Of a DNA stretch of 60,848 nucleotides, positions 30,458-40,030 are shown piece by piece. The first letter of the stretch is position 1, and each line of letters begins with the position of its first letter. The notes under the pieces are model-generated. The model had not been told where the DNA came from. It was given only the letters and a program-made list of their open reading frames with translations, and ran no database searches. Made by a program: the position numbers and the translations under genes. The DNA lies in IMG/VR virus record IMGVR_UViG_3300047320_000352. One strand, given 5' to 3'. The stretch is from an uncultured virus (IMG/VR IMGVR_UViG_3300047320_000352). Lineage: Duplodnaviria > Heunggongvirae > Uroviricota > Caudoviricetes.

Positions 30458-31132
30458 ATGCAATACGAACGCCCAGATTTGTTTGTCGACATCGCCTTGC
30501 TGACGATGATTGACGGTCGCCTGAAGGTCGCGTTGTATCCGCGCGAGAAGGCGCCGGACGCGGGTATGTGGTGTCTGGTGGGCGGGCAAATCCACACGAA
30601 CGAAGACGCGGACATCCGCGCGGCCGCGCTGCGCACACTGCGCGCCAAGCTTGATTTCGAGCCGCGATACATCGAGCAGGTGTCCACGGAAGGCAATGCG
30701 CTGCGTGACCCGCGCCGCTGGTCTGCCACCGTCGTGCACCTGGCGGTGAATTCGCCAGACGTGCTGTGGGACCTGGTTGACCGCCGCGGCATGCAGCTCT
30801 TTGACCTCGAGGACGACGGGGCTCACCTGCCCGAGAACATGGCGCTGGACCACCGCAAGCTCCTCATGATGGCGGTCGAGCGGCTGCGCAACAAGGCCGC
30901 GTATTCGACGATTGTGGCGCACTTCCTGCCCGAAGAATTCTCGCTGCCGGATTTGTTGTCCGTTTACGAGTCGGTGCGGCAGAAGCCGTGTAACGCGGCG
31001 AATTTCCGGACGAAAATCATGAAGGAAGACGTGCTCGAAGAATCGCCGACCACGTTGTTCAGCGGAGGACGGCCGGCTACGGGCTACCGGCTCAAGGAAA
31101 ACATCGCCTATTTCAACCGCGAACTGTACTGA
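30458..31132 (+). CDS. nrtR: NrtR-type Nudix-wHTH transcription regulator
   Basis: Degenerate Nudix box; RDPR; LDH; FLPEEFSL…NFR…GGRPA wHTH. Confidence 0.9.
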   Translation: MQYERPDLFVDIALLTMIDGRLKVALYPREKAPDAGMWCLVGGQIHTNEDADIRAAALRTLRAKLDFEPRYIEQVSTEGNALRDPRRWSATVVHLAVNSPDVLWDLVDRRGMQLFDLEDDGAHLPENMALDHRKLLMMAVERLRNKAAYSTIVAHFLPEEFSLPDLLSVYESVRQKPCNAANFRTKIMKEDVLEESPTTLFSGGRPATGYRLKENIAYFNRELY

Positions 31133-31149
31133 CCACCCGGGTTGCTACC

Positions 31150-31374
31150 ATGAACCAGGACCAGGCGCAGCGCGACAGGCCCCTCCCGCCGAGCTATTGG
31201 GCAATCCTGGCGACCATTCGCCAGACGCCGCGATACCGGTTTGTGGCCAGTGAGTACCGGCTCGCAGAGCGAATGACGAAGGCGGGCATGCTGGAGCGCA
31301 AGGACGACCGGCGCTACGCAGTCACCCAGTACGGACAACGCTGCTATAGCGCCAACAAGGTGCTGGCGGCCTGA
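31150..31374 (+). CDS. Small protein, possibly winged helix
   Basis: …GML…YAVTQYG pattern. Confidence 0.6.
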   Translation: MNQDQAQRDRPLPPSYWAILATIRQTPRYRFVASEYRLAERMTKAGMLERKDDRRYAVTQYGQRCYSANKVLAA

Positions 31375-31410
31375 AGAGCGGTCAACGACCGCGGATACAT
31401 CGAAAGGACA

Positions 31411-32445
31411 ATGATGAAAAAAGAAACACTCGATACCGCTATCCGGGTCGGCCAGATGCTCAAGCTGATGGCGCCCCTGGCCGCGGCCAGCAAGGCGTTC
31501 AGCAAGCGCCTGTCGAAGCTGCGCTCGGGGCTGGATGAACAGCTCGTGCTGTGCCTGCTCGCCGGCGAGTCGGCGCAGGGCATCCTCGCGCCAGGCGTCA
31601 TCGCCGAGCTCGACAAGGCGCTTCGCGACTCGATGGTGGAACGGCTCAACGTCAAGGGACTGCTCGATAACAGCGGGCTCTCGCATCACGTAGCGTTCAA
31701 CGCCGCGCGAAAGGACCGGGTTTCCGACGTCTACCAGGTGCTCGCCCCCGCGGAAGCGGTGTCCTACGAAACGACTCAGCACCTGAAGGTGGACCAGGCC
31801 GAGCGTTCGAAAATCATTCGTGATTTCACGAGTGCGGTTCACAACTCCAACTGGCTCAGCACACTCATGCACGTCGGTATGACCGCCGGCGTCGCTACGA
31901 CGCAGAGCGCAAGTCTGGCGCGTAAGCACAGCAGCGAACAGGGGCGTGACCTCCTGATGACGAAGCTGCTCCGGCTGTGCCCGACATACGTCGAAGCCGT
32001 CGCTCCGGCTCGCAAGCGCTCGACCAAGGCGGCCACGGCGGCCACGCGCTCGAGCCGCCCGCCGGCCGTCGCGGCTGCGGGGCTGTACGTGACGCAGGTC
32101 GTGATGTCTGCAGAGGCCCTGCTCAAGCAGCCCGACATCGCAGCGCTCGCCGATACGTCGTTCCTGAGCTCCGAGAATCAGAGTCTTGCGACGCTGCTCG
32201 AAAAAGCGTCAAAGCCGGTCGTGGTGGGTGAGGGCGAAACACCCGATACGGTGGCGCAGCGCATCGTTGACGAGCTGCTGGTGGGCCTCGTCGCGCGCAA
32301 CAAGGCCATCGCCGCTGAAAAGCAGGCGGTGCGCCAGCGGGCACAGGACGCCGCGAAGGCGACCGCGCTTGACGCGCTAAAGCAGCTCAATCCGAAGGTG
32401 CTCAAGCTGCTCAAGGACAATCCGGACCTGCTGAAGAACGTTTAA
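31411..32445 (+). CDS. Hypothetical helical protein
   Basis: AAAGGA RBS; 344 aa. Confidence 0.75.
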   Translation: MMKKETLDTAIRVGQMLKLMAPLAAASKAFSKRLSKLRSGLDEQLVLCLLAGESAQGILAPGVIAELDKALRDSMVERLNVKGLLDNSGLSHHVAFNAARKDRVSDVYQVLAPAEAVSYETTQHLKVDQAERSKIIRDFTSAVHNSNWLSTLMHVGMTAGVATTQSASLARKHSSEQGRDLLMTKLLRLCPTYVEAVAPARKRSTKAATAATRSSRPPAVAAAGLYVTQVVMSAEALLKQPDIAALADTSFLSSENQSLATLLEKASKPVVVGEGETPDTVAQRIVDELLVGLVARNKAIAAEKQAVRQRAQDAAKATALDALKQLNPKVLKLLKDNPDLLKNV

Positions 32446-32476
32446 GCCAGGTAGGCCGGCAAGAAAAACGGGGTAT

Positions 32477-32920
32477 GTGATGACAACTACTATTCAAGTG
32501 AGTGCCGCGCAGCAGCGCATTGTCGACCGCTTCATTGAAGCGCAGGGTAGCAAGCCGTTTCGCCGGCAGGATGTCGCCGACGCGCTCTATCCGCACATTA
32601 GACCGCGCCTCATGGGTAATGCGCGGGCACTCGCTGACAAGGTGATGCAGCAGCTGCAGCGCGAGCGACGCCTGGTCAAGGCAGGTCACGTGCACTGGAG
32701 TCTGGTTGTGCCGACCTCGCGCACGCTCAAGGGCGGCCGGGTGGTTCCCGAGCACAAGGAAGCGCAGCAGCTGACGCTTTCGACGCACTGCCCGCAAAAG
32801 TGGGTGGCTGTCGACCTCGAAACGGGTGACGTGTGGGCGGGAAGTGACGAAGGCTGGAAGCGCGCAGCTGGCACTGTAGCCGGCGAAGTGACCCAGATAC
32901 TCTCGAAAGCAGCGACATGA
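32477..32920 (+). CDS. Hypothetical protein
   Basis: ORF coupled to the next gene (ATGA). Confidence 0.7.
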   Translation: MMTTTIQVSAAQQRIVDRFIEAQGSKPFRRQDVADALYPHIRPRLMGNARALADKVMQQLQRERRLVKAGHVHWSLVVPTSRTLKGGRVVPEHKEAQQLTLSTHCPQKWVAVDLETGDVWAGSDEGWKRAAGTVAGEVTQILSKAAT

Positions 32921-33249
32921 CACAGGATTCCAGGAAATTTCCAGCCGTACGCCGCTTTGTCGAGACGTACGCCCATACGAAGGGCCTCGATTACGAGGCC
33001 TACTATCGGGAGCTCCTGGAGCGGACGCGCGCGCACCTCGAACAGGAACTGACCCGGCTCAAGCAAGGTGAGCTGTTTCGCAAGGAGACCCAGTTCCTCG
33101 TCGCCGAGAAAACGGTCCCTCCTGAGGTCGCATTGAGCGCCTATCGCGTTGTCAGCGAATTGCGGGACGAGGGGTATGCCGCCGACGTTCTTGCAGACTC
33201 GTCCTACGTACCGGGGCAACGCCTCTGGCTATCCATCCGGCTCTTCTGA
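32917..33249 (+). CDS. Hypothetical protein
   Basis: ATGA overlap. Confidence 0.7.
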   Translation: MTQDSRKFPAVRRFVETYAHTKGLDYEAYYRELLERTRAHLEQELTRLKQGELFRKETQFLVAEKTVPPEVALSAYRVVSELRDEGYAADVLADSSYVPGQRLWLSIRLF

Positions 33250-33271
33250 GTCACTCGTTGAGGTCTGGTTG

Positions 33272-33700
33272 ATGCAGCACATCCGTTTTCTTCCCCGCGT
33301 GGTGGCCGCCGCCTACCGGCCGGCGCCCGGTTCGGTGCTCATCTCCATTCATGACGTCAGCGAACCGCCGTTGACCCCGCGAAATGGCTGGGACGCGACG
33401 CTTGTGCAGCGTTTCCATGACACGGACGGCGAGCAGATGGGGCTGGAGGTGTTCAGCGAAGCGCAGGCGCGCGAACTTCTGGCGTTCGTCGCGCGCCACG
33501 CAGACTGCACCGAGCTCGTTGTGCACTGTTCGCTTGGCCAGAGCCGTTCCGCCGCGGTGGCGCTCTACCTGTCCGAAAAGTATGGCGTGCCTTGCTTCAA
33601 GGAACAGGTCCGCGTGACCTGGGAGAACTGGCGCATCTACAACCGGTTAGTCTATCGGCGACTGCACAACGCAGACTTCGGCGGCTCGCCAGGCGCCTGA
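33272..33700 (+). CDS. Cys-dependent (PTP/DSP-like) phosphatase
   Basis: HCSLGQSRS (CX5R) and FHD motifs. Confidence 0.85.
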   Translation: MQHIRFLPRVVAAAYRPAPGSVLISIHDVSEPPLTPRNGWDATLVQRFHDTDGEQMGLEVFSEAQARELLAFVARHADCTELVVHCSLGQSRSAAVALYLSEKYGVPCFKEQVRVTWENWRIYNRLVYRRLHNADFGGSPGA

Positions 33701-33724
33701 ACGGCTCCAGCGCGCGGCCGTTCA

Positions 33725-34855
33725 TCAGCGACGCGCCATGGTTCGCTCCATCGTTCGTTCAGCGTCTGCGGCCTTGTCGGTCGAGGTTTTCGGCGGCGCG
33801 GTCGCGCTTTTCCGGTCATCCGCCAACGACAAAATCGTTTCCTTGTCGTAAGTGAACACTTCAGGCTGGTGCGGCGAGGCGGAGACGGCGTGCCCGCTCT
33901 GGCCCGCCTTCATGGAGGCCTCATTGCCGCTGTAGGTGGCGTTGACCCAGTTGGCAATCGACTGCGCCTGATACTGGGCGGCGCCGTGGTCCTGGGCCCA
34001 TTTCTGCACGTTGAGCGTCGAAAACTTCAGCGCGGCATGGTGCACTGCATCGGCGCGTGCGCCCTGGCTTTCGGCTCGGCTCGCCAGCGTATTCACCAGC
34101 TTTTTGCCCGACTCCGACTTCAGGTAGTCACCGAGCCACTTCAATCCGCGCGTCGAATCGTGGATGTCCACGCTCCGTCCGTTCTGCGCGAGGCCTTCGG
34201 CTCTGTGTTCCCGTAAAGAGTCGGCCACTGCGCTGCCTTTCCCGGCTCCGTCTTTCGCCGCGATGCTGAGAACCGCAAAACTGTCGCCATAGGCCTCATG
34301 GACCAGCCCGTGAAGTGCTGCGACAGCCATGTGCTTCGATTCCTGCCCCGTCGCGGTCCGGACTGCGTCAAGGACGTTATCGGGAATGGAGCGCTCCCAG
34401 CCATTGACCGCGTGGCCATCAGTCGGGTCGGGCTTGAAGTCGCGAGCGCCATTAGGTTGCACATCGAGCCGGCTGAGATTGGCGTGTCCTTCCTCGTGCA
34501 CGGTCAGAACCGCCATCGCAGTCTCGGCGTCGAAGCCCTTCAGCGAGGCGCTCGTCAGCTCTTTCGCCGACAGGGTCACCACGCCACTATCCAGGTCCGT
34601 ATGACTGCGCTTGCCGTTGGGCAGTGCGATGTCGTCCATCGCTTCCAGCACAGGCGAAGGAGGAGCGCCGGCCGCGCTTCGTTCCTTGAGCGTATCCTTC
34701 ACCAGCTGGATTTTCTCCTGTATCGACGCAGAACTATCGTCGGCCGGGACGACAACAAACTCTTTGGGGTTGTTTGATAGAGCGGTGTCACTGTACCGGG
34801 TTGCAACCTGCGCAATGCGGGTGACGATGTCGGCGGTGGAGGCTACGTAAGGCAT
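33725..34855 (-). CDS. Zincin-like metallopeptidase-domain protein
   Basis: HEEGH plus downstream HEAYGDSF; basic C-terminal tail. Confidence 0.65.
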   Translation of the reverse strand: MPYVASTADIVTRIAQVATRYSDTALSNNPKEFVVVPADDSSASIQEKIQLVKDTLKERSAAGAPPSPVLEAMDDIALPNGKRSHTDLDSGVVTLSAKELTSASLKGFDAETAMAVLTVHEEGHANLSRLDVQPNGARDFKPDPTDGHAVNGWERSIPDNVLDAVRTATGQESKHMAVAALHGLVHEAYGDSFAVLSIAAKDGAGKGSAVADSLREHRAEGLAQNGRSVDIHDSTRGLKWLGDYLKSESGKKLVNTLASRAESQGARADAVHHAALKFSTLNVQKWAQDHGAAQYQAQSIANWVNATYSGNEASMKAGQSGHAVSASPHQPEVFTYDKETILSLADDRKSATAPPKTSTDKAADAERTMERTMARR

Positions 34856-34966
34856 TGATGGGATTAAACCATTGAGTTATCCCGTATAGGTAGCGCGCGC
34901 TCACGCCGGCCGGTATCTGGCGTGGCCTATACCGGTCAGATACCCAACTGAACAGAGGACAATTCA

Positions 34967-35254
34967 ATGGCTCACACCAAGGTGAAACGCGACGCGCACG
35001 GGCTCTATGTGCGCACGGACGGAAATCTGTATCGGCCAGTCAGGACAGTCCACTCGTATCCGCTCAGCCTCGCCGCCAATTCGCGCGACGACGGCACCAG
35101 TGCCTACGTGGAGGGCAGCCAGGTACAGGCTCGGCATCTCAGCGGCACGCCATTCTGTGTCGTGAAGGATGGTGCTGGCGCCGAAGAGCACTGGCACAGC
35201 CATGGCATGTATCTGGGCGTGACGTCCACCGCCTGCTGGCACCCTGTGACGTAA
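34967..35254 (+). CDS. Hypothetical protein
   Basis: GAGGA RBS; terminator downstream. Confidence 0.7.
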   Translation: MAHTKVKRDAHGLYVRTDGNLYRPVRTVHSYPLSLAANSRDDGTSAYVEGSQVQARHLSGTPFCVVKDGAGAEEHWHSHGMYLGVTSTACWHPVT

Positions 35255-35411
35255 CCGCCTGACCAAGCAGTCTCCAGCCGGTCCTCGACAGAGCGACCGG
35301 CTTTTTTACACCATGCCCGAGCGGTCCAGACGTAGACTTATTGCTTTTTCACGCTATACTAAAGGCGCAGCAACCGGCTGCGCTTGTGCTTTCTGCGTGA
35401 GACAAATTGCG

Positions 35412-36383
35412 ATGAGTTCACTGGCTATCGGGTCGTCGATGACCCTGTTCGATGTTTCTGAAGTTGAGAAGGCAATGGCGGACCTGGGTGACGGCCCGCA
35501 GGCCTCGTCCGATTCACTGCGCCGCGTCTACAAGAAGATGCTCACCCGCGGTCCCGACCGCTTCGTTACCAAGCCGGCGAGCGCCGCGCCGCTAGCGCAG
35601 GTCATGGAGACCTGCCCAAACTTCCGCGGTGTGCTGGAAGACCTCACCAATCACATCGAGCTGGCGACCGTGAACAAGCGCGGGCTCAAGCTGATTCCTA
35701 TCATCCTTGCGGGCGACCCAGGAGTCGGAAAAACGCATTTCGCAAAGCAGCTCGCCGGCGCGCTGGGACTCTCCTTCCAGTTTCTCTCGATGGGCACCAT
35801 GAGCGCTGGCTGGGTTCTGGGCGGCTCCGCGCCAACCTGGCAGGGCGCGCGCCACGGCAAGATTGCCGCAACGCTCATCGAAGGCGAATTCGGCAATCCC
35901 CTCTACGTGCTCGACGAATTGGACAAGACGGGCGGCGATAGCCGGTATGACCCGTTTGGCGCGCTGCTGCAGTTGCTCGAGCGCGATACCGCGCAGCACT
36001 TCAAGGACGAGTATCTGGACGTCGCCATGGACGCGTCGGCCATCGTCTGGGTGGCGACGGCCAACGACCCGTCGCTCATTCCGCAGTACATCCTCTCGCG
36101 CATGACCGTCTACGACGTGCCCGCGCCCACTGAGGATGAGGCGTTCTTCATCGCGCAGCGCATCTACGACAATCTGCGTGCAGACCTCGACTGGGCATTC
36201 GAGCCTGACCTGCCGGCCGAGCTTCACGACCTGTTCTCGGAAATTGCACCGCGCGACATGCGCAAAAAGCTGACCGACGCGATGGCGAGTGCCGTGCACG
36301 CGAAACGCACCCGCTTGCGGCCGGACGACATCAGGGCGACGCACGCGAAGCAGGCGCGCAGCATAGGATTCATGAGCGCCTGA
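35412..36383 (+). CDS. Stand-alone Lon-like AAA+ ATPase without protease domain
   Basis: Walker A GDPGVGKT; Walker B VLDELDK; ATAN; C-terminal IGF. Confidence 0.88.
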   Translation: MSSLAIGSSMTLFDVSEVEKAMADLGDGPQASSDSLRRVYKKMLTRGPDRFVTKPASAAPLAQVMETCPNFRGVLEDLTNHIELATVNKRGLKLIPIILAGDPGVGKTHFAKQLAGALGLSFQFLSMGTMSAGWVLGGSAPTWQGARHGKIAATLIEGEFGNPLYVLDELDKTGGDSRYDPFGALLQLLERDTAQHFKDEYLDVAMDASAIVWVATANDPSLIPQYILSRMTVYDVPAPTEDEAFFIAQRIYDNLRADLDWAFEPDLPAELHDLFSEIAPRDMRKKLTDAMASAVHAKRTRLRPDDIRATHAKQARSIGFMSA

Positions 36384-36452
36384 CCGAGACGCCTAGGCGC
36401 AAAGAGGTCGCCTGGCTACAATCCCGGAGGTCCAATCCTCCGGAGTTGCGTC

Positions 36453-37118
36453 GTGGAAAAGAAAATCATCGTTGATTCGCGGGAAAGTCGCAGCGGCCTG
36501 AGCGAGCTGCTGCGCTCGCGGGGCATCACGGTGCAGAGCGAAGAGCTCGAGTGCGCCGACTACATCCTTGCGGATGGGCTGGCGGTCGAGCGCAAGACCG
36601 CCGTTGATTTCGTTGCCTCGATTCTCGACAAACGAATTTTCAGCCAGATAGAAATCTGCAAGCGGACCTTCGCGAAGGTCGTGGTGGTTGTGGAAGGAAA
36701 CCCGTACAAGACACGGTCGGCCATCACACCGGCGGCCATCACCGGCGCGCTGTCGTGGCTCATCGTCATTGAATCGGTGTCGGTGATTCGGACGGAGAAC
36801 GTCGAGGAGACGGCTGACGCCCTGCAGGTCCTCCAGAGGCACGCGATAGACGGCCTTGGGTATGAGATTGCACTCCAGGGTGCGAAACCCAAGGACCGCT
36901 TCCCGCAGGCGCAGCTGCTCGTGGAGTCGCTGCCGGGTATCGGACCGGGTGCGGCCAAGAAGCTGCTCGCGCACTTCGGCTCGGCCGGCGCTGTGGTCAA
37001 CGCCACGCCGGAAGAACTGAAAAAGGTGCCCGGCATTGGTCCGAAGACCATCGCGTCAATCCGCGAAGTCATTGAATTCGACACGCGACCGCATCTGGCC
37101 AAAGTCGGTGAACTCTGA
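36453..37118 (+). CDS. ERCC4 (XPF/Mus81-like) nuclease with tandem HhH
   Basis: VDSRE, DY, VERKT..DF, VVEG motifs; two PGIGP HhH. Confidence 0.9.
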   Translation: MEKKIIVDSRESRSGLSELLRSRGITVQSEELECADYILADGLAVERKTAVDFVASILDKRIFSQIEICKRTFAKVVVVVEGNPYKTRSAITPAAITGALSWLIVIESVSVIRTENVEETADALQVLQRHAIDGLGYEIALQGAKPKDRFPQAQLLVESLPGIGPGAAKKLLAHFGSAGAVVNATPEELKKVPGIGPKTIASIREVIEFDTRPHLAKVGEL

Positions 37119-37222
37119 TAATTGATATGAATGCATGATTAATGCTATACTATGCTCATGAAACGTAAAACTTCATCCATGCAGGAGGGCTTTCCCTAGT
37201 GACCATTCACTAGGAGCCTCAA

Positions 37223-37792
37223 TTGCATCAAATCCCCGAGTATCAAACCGCTGTCACCCTGTTTTCCCGTGACGGCGAAGTCCAGGTGTACCGGACGATG
37301 AAGGAAGCGCTCAAGGCGCTCGGCACTCGCTGGATTGCCGCCAACGTTGGCGCGCACTTCCGGGTGTTCGACCACAATGCGCGCCACTTTGACACCGACC
37401 GACGCACCTGGGTGAGTGAGCCGCAGTACGTCGAGCGCAATTACATCATGCGCAATGACGCTGGCGAGGTGGTGACCGCTGCGGACTTCTATCCGCTGGC
37501 CGAACGCCGTCGCTGGCGCGGCTGGTATCGCTGGGGCCGCGCGCTCGAGAACTGGAACGGCGTTGGTCCGGTCCCGTGCATCGGTCGCCCGCGCGGTGGC
37601 CACTATTACCGCCGGCCGGAAACCATGATGGAGCGTCGTCAAGCCGCCATGGTGCTGAAGGAAGAGGGCGAAGTGGCGCCGCGCGGCAAGCGCAGCCTCA
37701 AGCACCTGCCCAACGCCTGGGACGACTACCGCGTGGCGGCGCGTGACGAACGCGGCTGGAAGCGCCATCGTCGCACCCAGTACCGTGGCTGA
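37223..37792 (+). CDS. Basic conserved phage-type protein
   Basis: R..R…LPNAWDD…WKRHRRTQY C-terminus; start uncertain. Confidence 0.7.
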   Translation: MHQIPEYQTAVTLFSRDGEVQVYRTMKEALKALGTRWIAANVGAHFRVFDHNARHFDTDRRTWVSEPQYVERNYIMRNDAGEVVTAADFYPLAERRRWRGWYRWGRALENWNGVGPVPCIGRPRGGHYYRRPETMMERRQAAMVLKEEGEVAPRGKRSLKHLPNAWDDYRVAARDERGWKRHRRTQYRG

Positions 37793-37794
37793 AC

Positions 37795-37829
37795 AAAAAA
37801 GGCCGGCAAGCATCGCTTGCCGGCCTTTT
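37795..37829. terminator. Bidirectional terminator
   Basis: AAAAGGCCGGCAAG..CTTGCCGGCCTTTT. Confidence 0.8.
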
Positions 37830-37915
37830 CCTTTTGGGCCACCGCTCTCTTTGCGTGACTCATACGTTAATTCATAGTATACTGTTGGCTCTTTTTCAAC
37901 TTCAAGAGCGCCGCA

Positions 37916-38113
37916 ATGGTTGACACTAGCGAGCAGCGAATCCTCGAAAACGGGCACGAGTTCGTGACCGGCAAGGCGGTCGGTTTCCGGTCGGGGAGCG
38001 TTCTGCACGACAAGCATGTCTGCCTGAATTGCGGTGTTGTGCGCCGCATCGACGGCAAGAACAGCCAGTGCAAAGGCAAGGTGCACGTCACGACGCGCGG
38101 CACCACCCGATAG
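37916..38113 (+). CDS. Small Zn-finger-like protein
   Basis: H…CLNC…C. Confidence 0.6.
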   Translation: MVDTSEQRILENGHEFVTGKAVGFRSGSVLHDKHVCLNCGVVRRIDGKNSQCKGKVHVTTRGTTR

Positions 38114-38133
38114 CCGGCTCTTCAGGACATACC

Positions 38134-38652
38134 ATGACTGCAACTGCTGCAAAACTTCCCGCAAAGCCTCTCGTTACGCCGCTGCGCGCATATTTCTTCG
38201 TTACCCTCATGCTGGTGCTGGTGGTCACGGCACCATTCACAGTCGGCGTAGGCGTGGGGCGGCTGTGCGATGCGATTAACAGTTGGGACGCGGCAAACAG
38301 GGCGTGGGCAATTGCTTCGCCGCTCGCAAGCTGGCTCGTGACAGGCGGTCTCGGTTTCCTCGGAGCCAGCTATGTGCTGGCACTGTGCCTGAACGAAAAG
38401 GTCGTATTCAAGACTGTACGCAGGGGAACCGCGGCTATTCTAGGCGTGGTGCTTATCGGCGTGGTGCTGGAATATCTGTTCACTTGCCTGCCGGCTATGG
38501 AAGCGCTGTACGACGCATTCGGTGCTGCTGGCGGAACCCCTGTCTGGCTGAACGGTATCGCCAGTTTTGTTGTGGTGGCCTTTGCCAATATCTTGCATGT
38601 TGCTGTCGTGGTGGGTATTCTCGCCGCGTTTGCCTGCGCTGATTTCAGCTAA
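38134..38652 (+). CDS. Membrane protein (4 TM)
   Basis: Hydrophobic segments; AGGA RBS before ATG 38134. Confidence 0.7.
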   Translation: MTATAAKLPAKPLVTPLRAYFFVTLMLVLVVTAPFTVGVGVGRLCDAINSWDAANRAWAIASPLASWLVTGGLGFLGASYVLALCLNEKVVFKTVRRGTAAILGVVLIGVVLEYLFTCLPAMEALYDAFGAAGGTPVWLNGIASFVVVAFANILHVAVVVGILAAFACADFS

Positions 38653-38666
38653 GTTCAGGGACCCAT

Positions 38667-39209
38667 ATGACCTGGCTTTCACCCATTCCGCTTGCACTCG
38701 TTCCGACTACGGATAGCGAGTCCTTTGCCGCGATGAAAGCCGGTGAGACAGGCCTGCCGCTCGCCCCGCACCCCGGTGCGTTCGGAGTGAAGCGCAAGTA
38801 CCACACGCACGAAGGCGTTGACCTTTACGCGCCTGAGGGTACCGTCGTGTTCGCAGTCGAGACGGGTACGGTCGTGGCGGTCAAGCCATTCACCGGGCCG
38901 CACGCTGGGCCGACGCTTGCGCACTGGCTGGACACGTGGGCGGTCTTCGTCGAGGGTCCGTCGGGCGTCGTGGTGTACGGCGAAATCAAGCCCTGGTGCG
39001 AAGTCGGCGCGCAAGTCGACGCCGGGATGCCGCTGGGCCACGTCATCCCGGTGCTTCGCAAGGACAAAGGCCGGCCGCGCGCGATGCTGCACATCGAGCT
39101 GCGCGAACCCGGCAACACCGTCGACATCGAGTGGCTCGACGAGCACCACCCCGCTGGCCTGCTCGACCCCACACCCTTCCTGCTGGCGAGCGTTCCCCGG
39201 AGCGCATAG
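38667..39209 (+). CDS. M23 family peptidase-like protein
   Basis: HEGVDLY; GTVVFAVETGTV; MLHIE (first His of HxH absent). Confidence 0.8.
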   Translation: MTWLSPIPLALVPTTDSESFAAMKAGETGLPLAPHPGAFGVKRKYHTHEGVDLYAPEGTVVFAVETGTVVAVKPFTGPHAGPTLAHWLDTWAVFVEGPSGVVVYGEIKPWCEVGAQVDAGMPLGHVIPVLRKDKGRPRAMLHIELREPGNTVDIEWLDEHHPAGLLDPTPFLLASVPRSA

Positions 39210-39262
39210 CGCTCTATACCTAGTAGGCATTTTTGATTTGACACCTACTGGAGAGGCCACAC

Positions 39263-39595
39263 ATGAAAGACCGCCATACCGAAGGACCTTGGGAAGTATT
39301 CATTGCTGACGACGGAGGCGAGTGGACAGGCTGGCCCCTGTCCATCGAAGCAGCCAATGAGGTCGACAAAACTGTCGTCCGCCCTGGTGGCTTCTATCCG
39401 TACACGTGGGACGCATCGGTAAGCCAGACAGAAGCCGTGGCGAACGCCCATCTGATGGCCGCGTCGCCCGACATGCTGACAGCACTTCGCGCGGCATTGC
39501 CAGCTCTCGAGCTGGCGGCCAAGGCTGGAGACGCCGCAGCAATCGACGCGCTCGCGCTGACTCGCGCCGCCATCGACAAAGCAATCAAACACTGA
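39263..39595 (+). CDS. Phage-type hypothetical protein
   Basis: HTEGPW…ANAHLMAASPDML pattern. Confidence 0.8.
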   Translation: MKDRHTEGPWEVFIADDGGEWTGWPLSIEAANEVDKTVVRPGGFYPYTWDASVSQTEAVANAHLMAASPDMLTALRAALPALELAAKAGDAAAIDALALTRAAIDKAIKH

Positions 39596-39617
39596 CCCGC
39601 AGAAGGAGCGAACCGTC

Positions 39618-39926
39618 ATGGATTTACGTCAACTGTGGGAGCAGGACCTGGTGTTTGGCTTCAGCCGGCTGCTCGAAATTCATGAGCTCGGGCTGACCGC
39701 GGACAACACCGACTTCGTCTATGTCGACGGCGAAGAAGGGGACTTCGGCACCATCCGTTACAAGGATGCCTCCGGCCAGGTCGTGGTTATCCGCGAAATC
39801 GAAGGCGGAGATGTGGAAAGCCTCGAGCTGACCGACTACGGTCGGCCAATCGTGGCAAAAGTGATGTTGGACATCTTCAAGCAGAGCCTCGCCGAAAAGC
39901 TGCAGGTGCCGCTGGATTCGCTGTAA
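39618..39926 (+). CDS. Acidic hypothetical protein
   Basis: AAGGAG RBS. Confidence 0.7.
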   Translation: MDLRQLWEQDLVFGFSRLLEIHELGLTADNTDFVYVDGEEGDFGTIRYKDASGQVVVIREIEGGDVESLELTDYGRPIVAKVMLDIFKQSLAEKLQVPLDSL

Positions 39927-40030
39927 CCCTCCGCTGCACGATTCTCTCAAGCCCCGCGCGTCATGCCGGGGCTTTTTCATGCCCGAACTCTATACGGAGA
40001 CAGGCCACAACACTTTTTAAGGAGATTACC

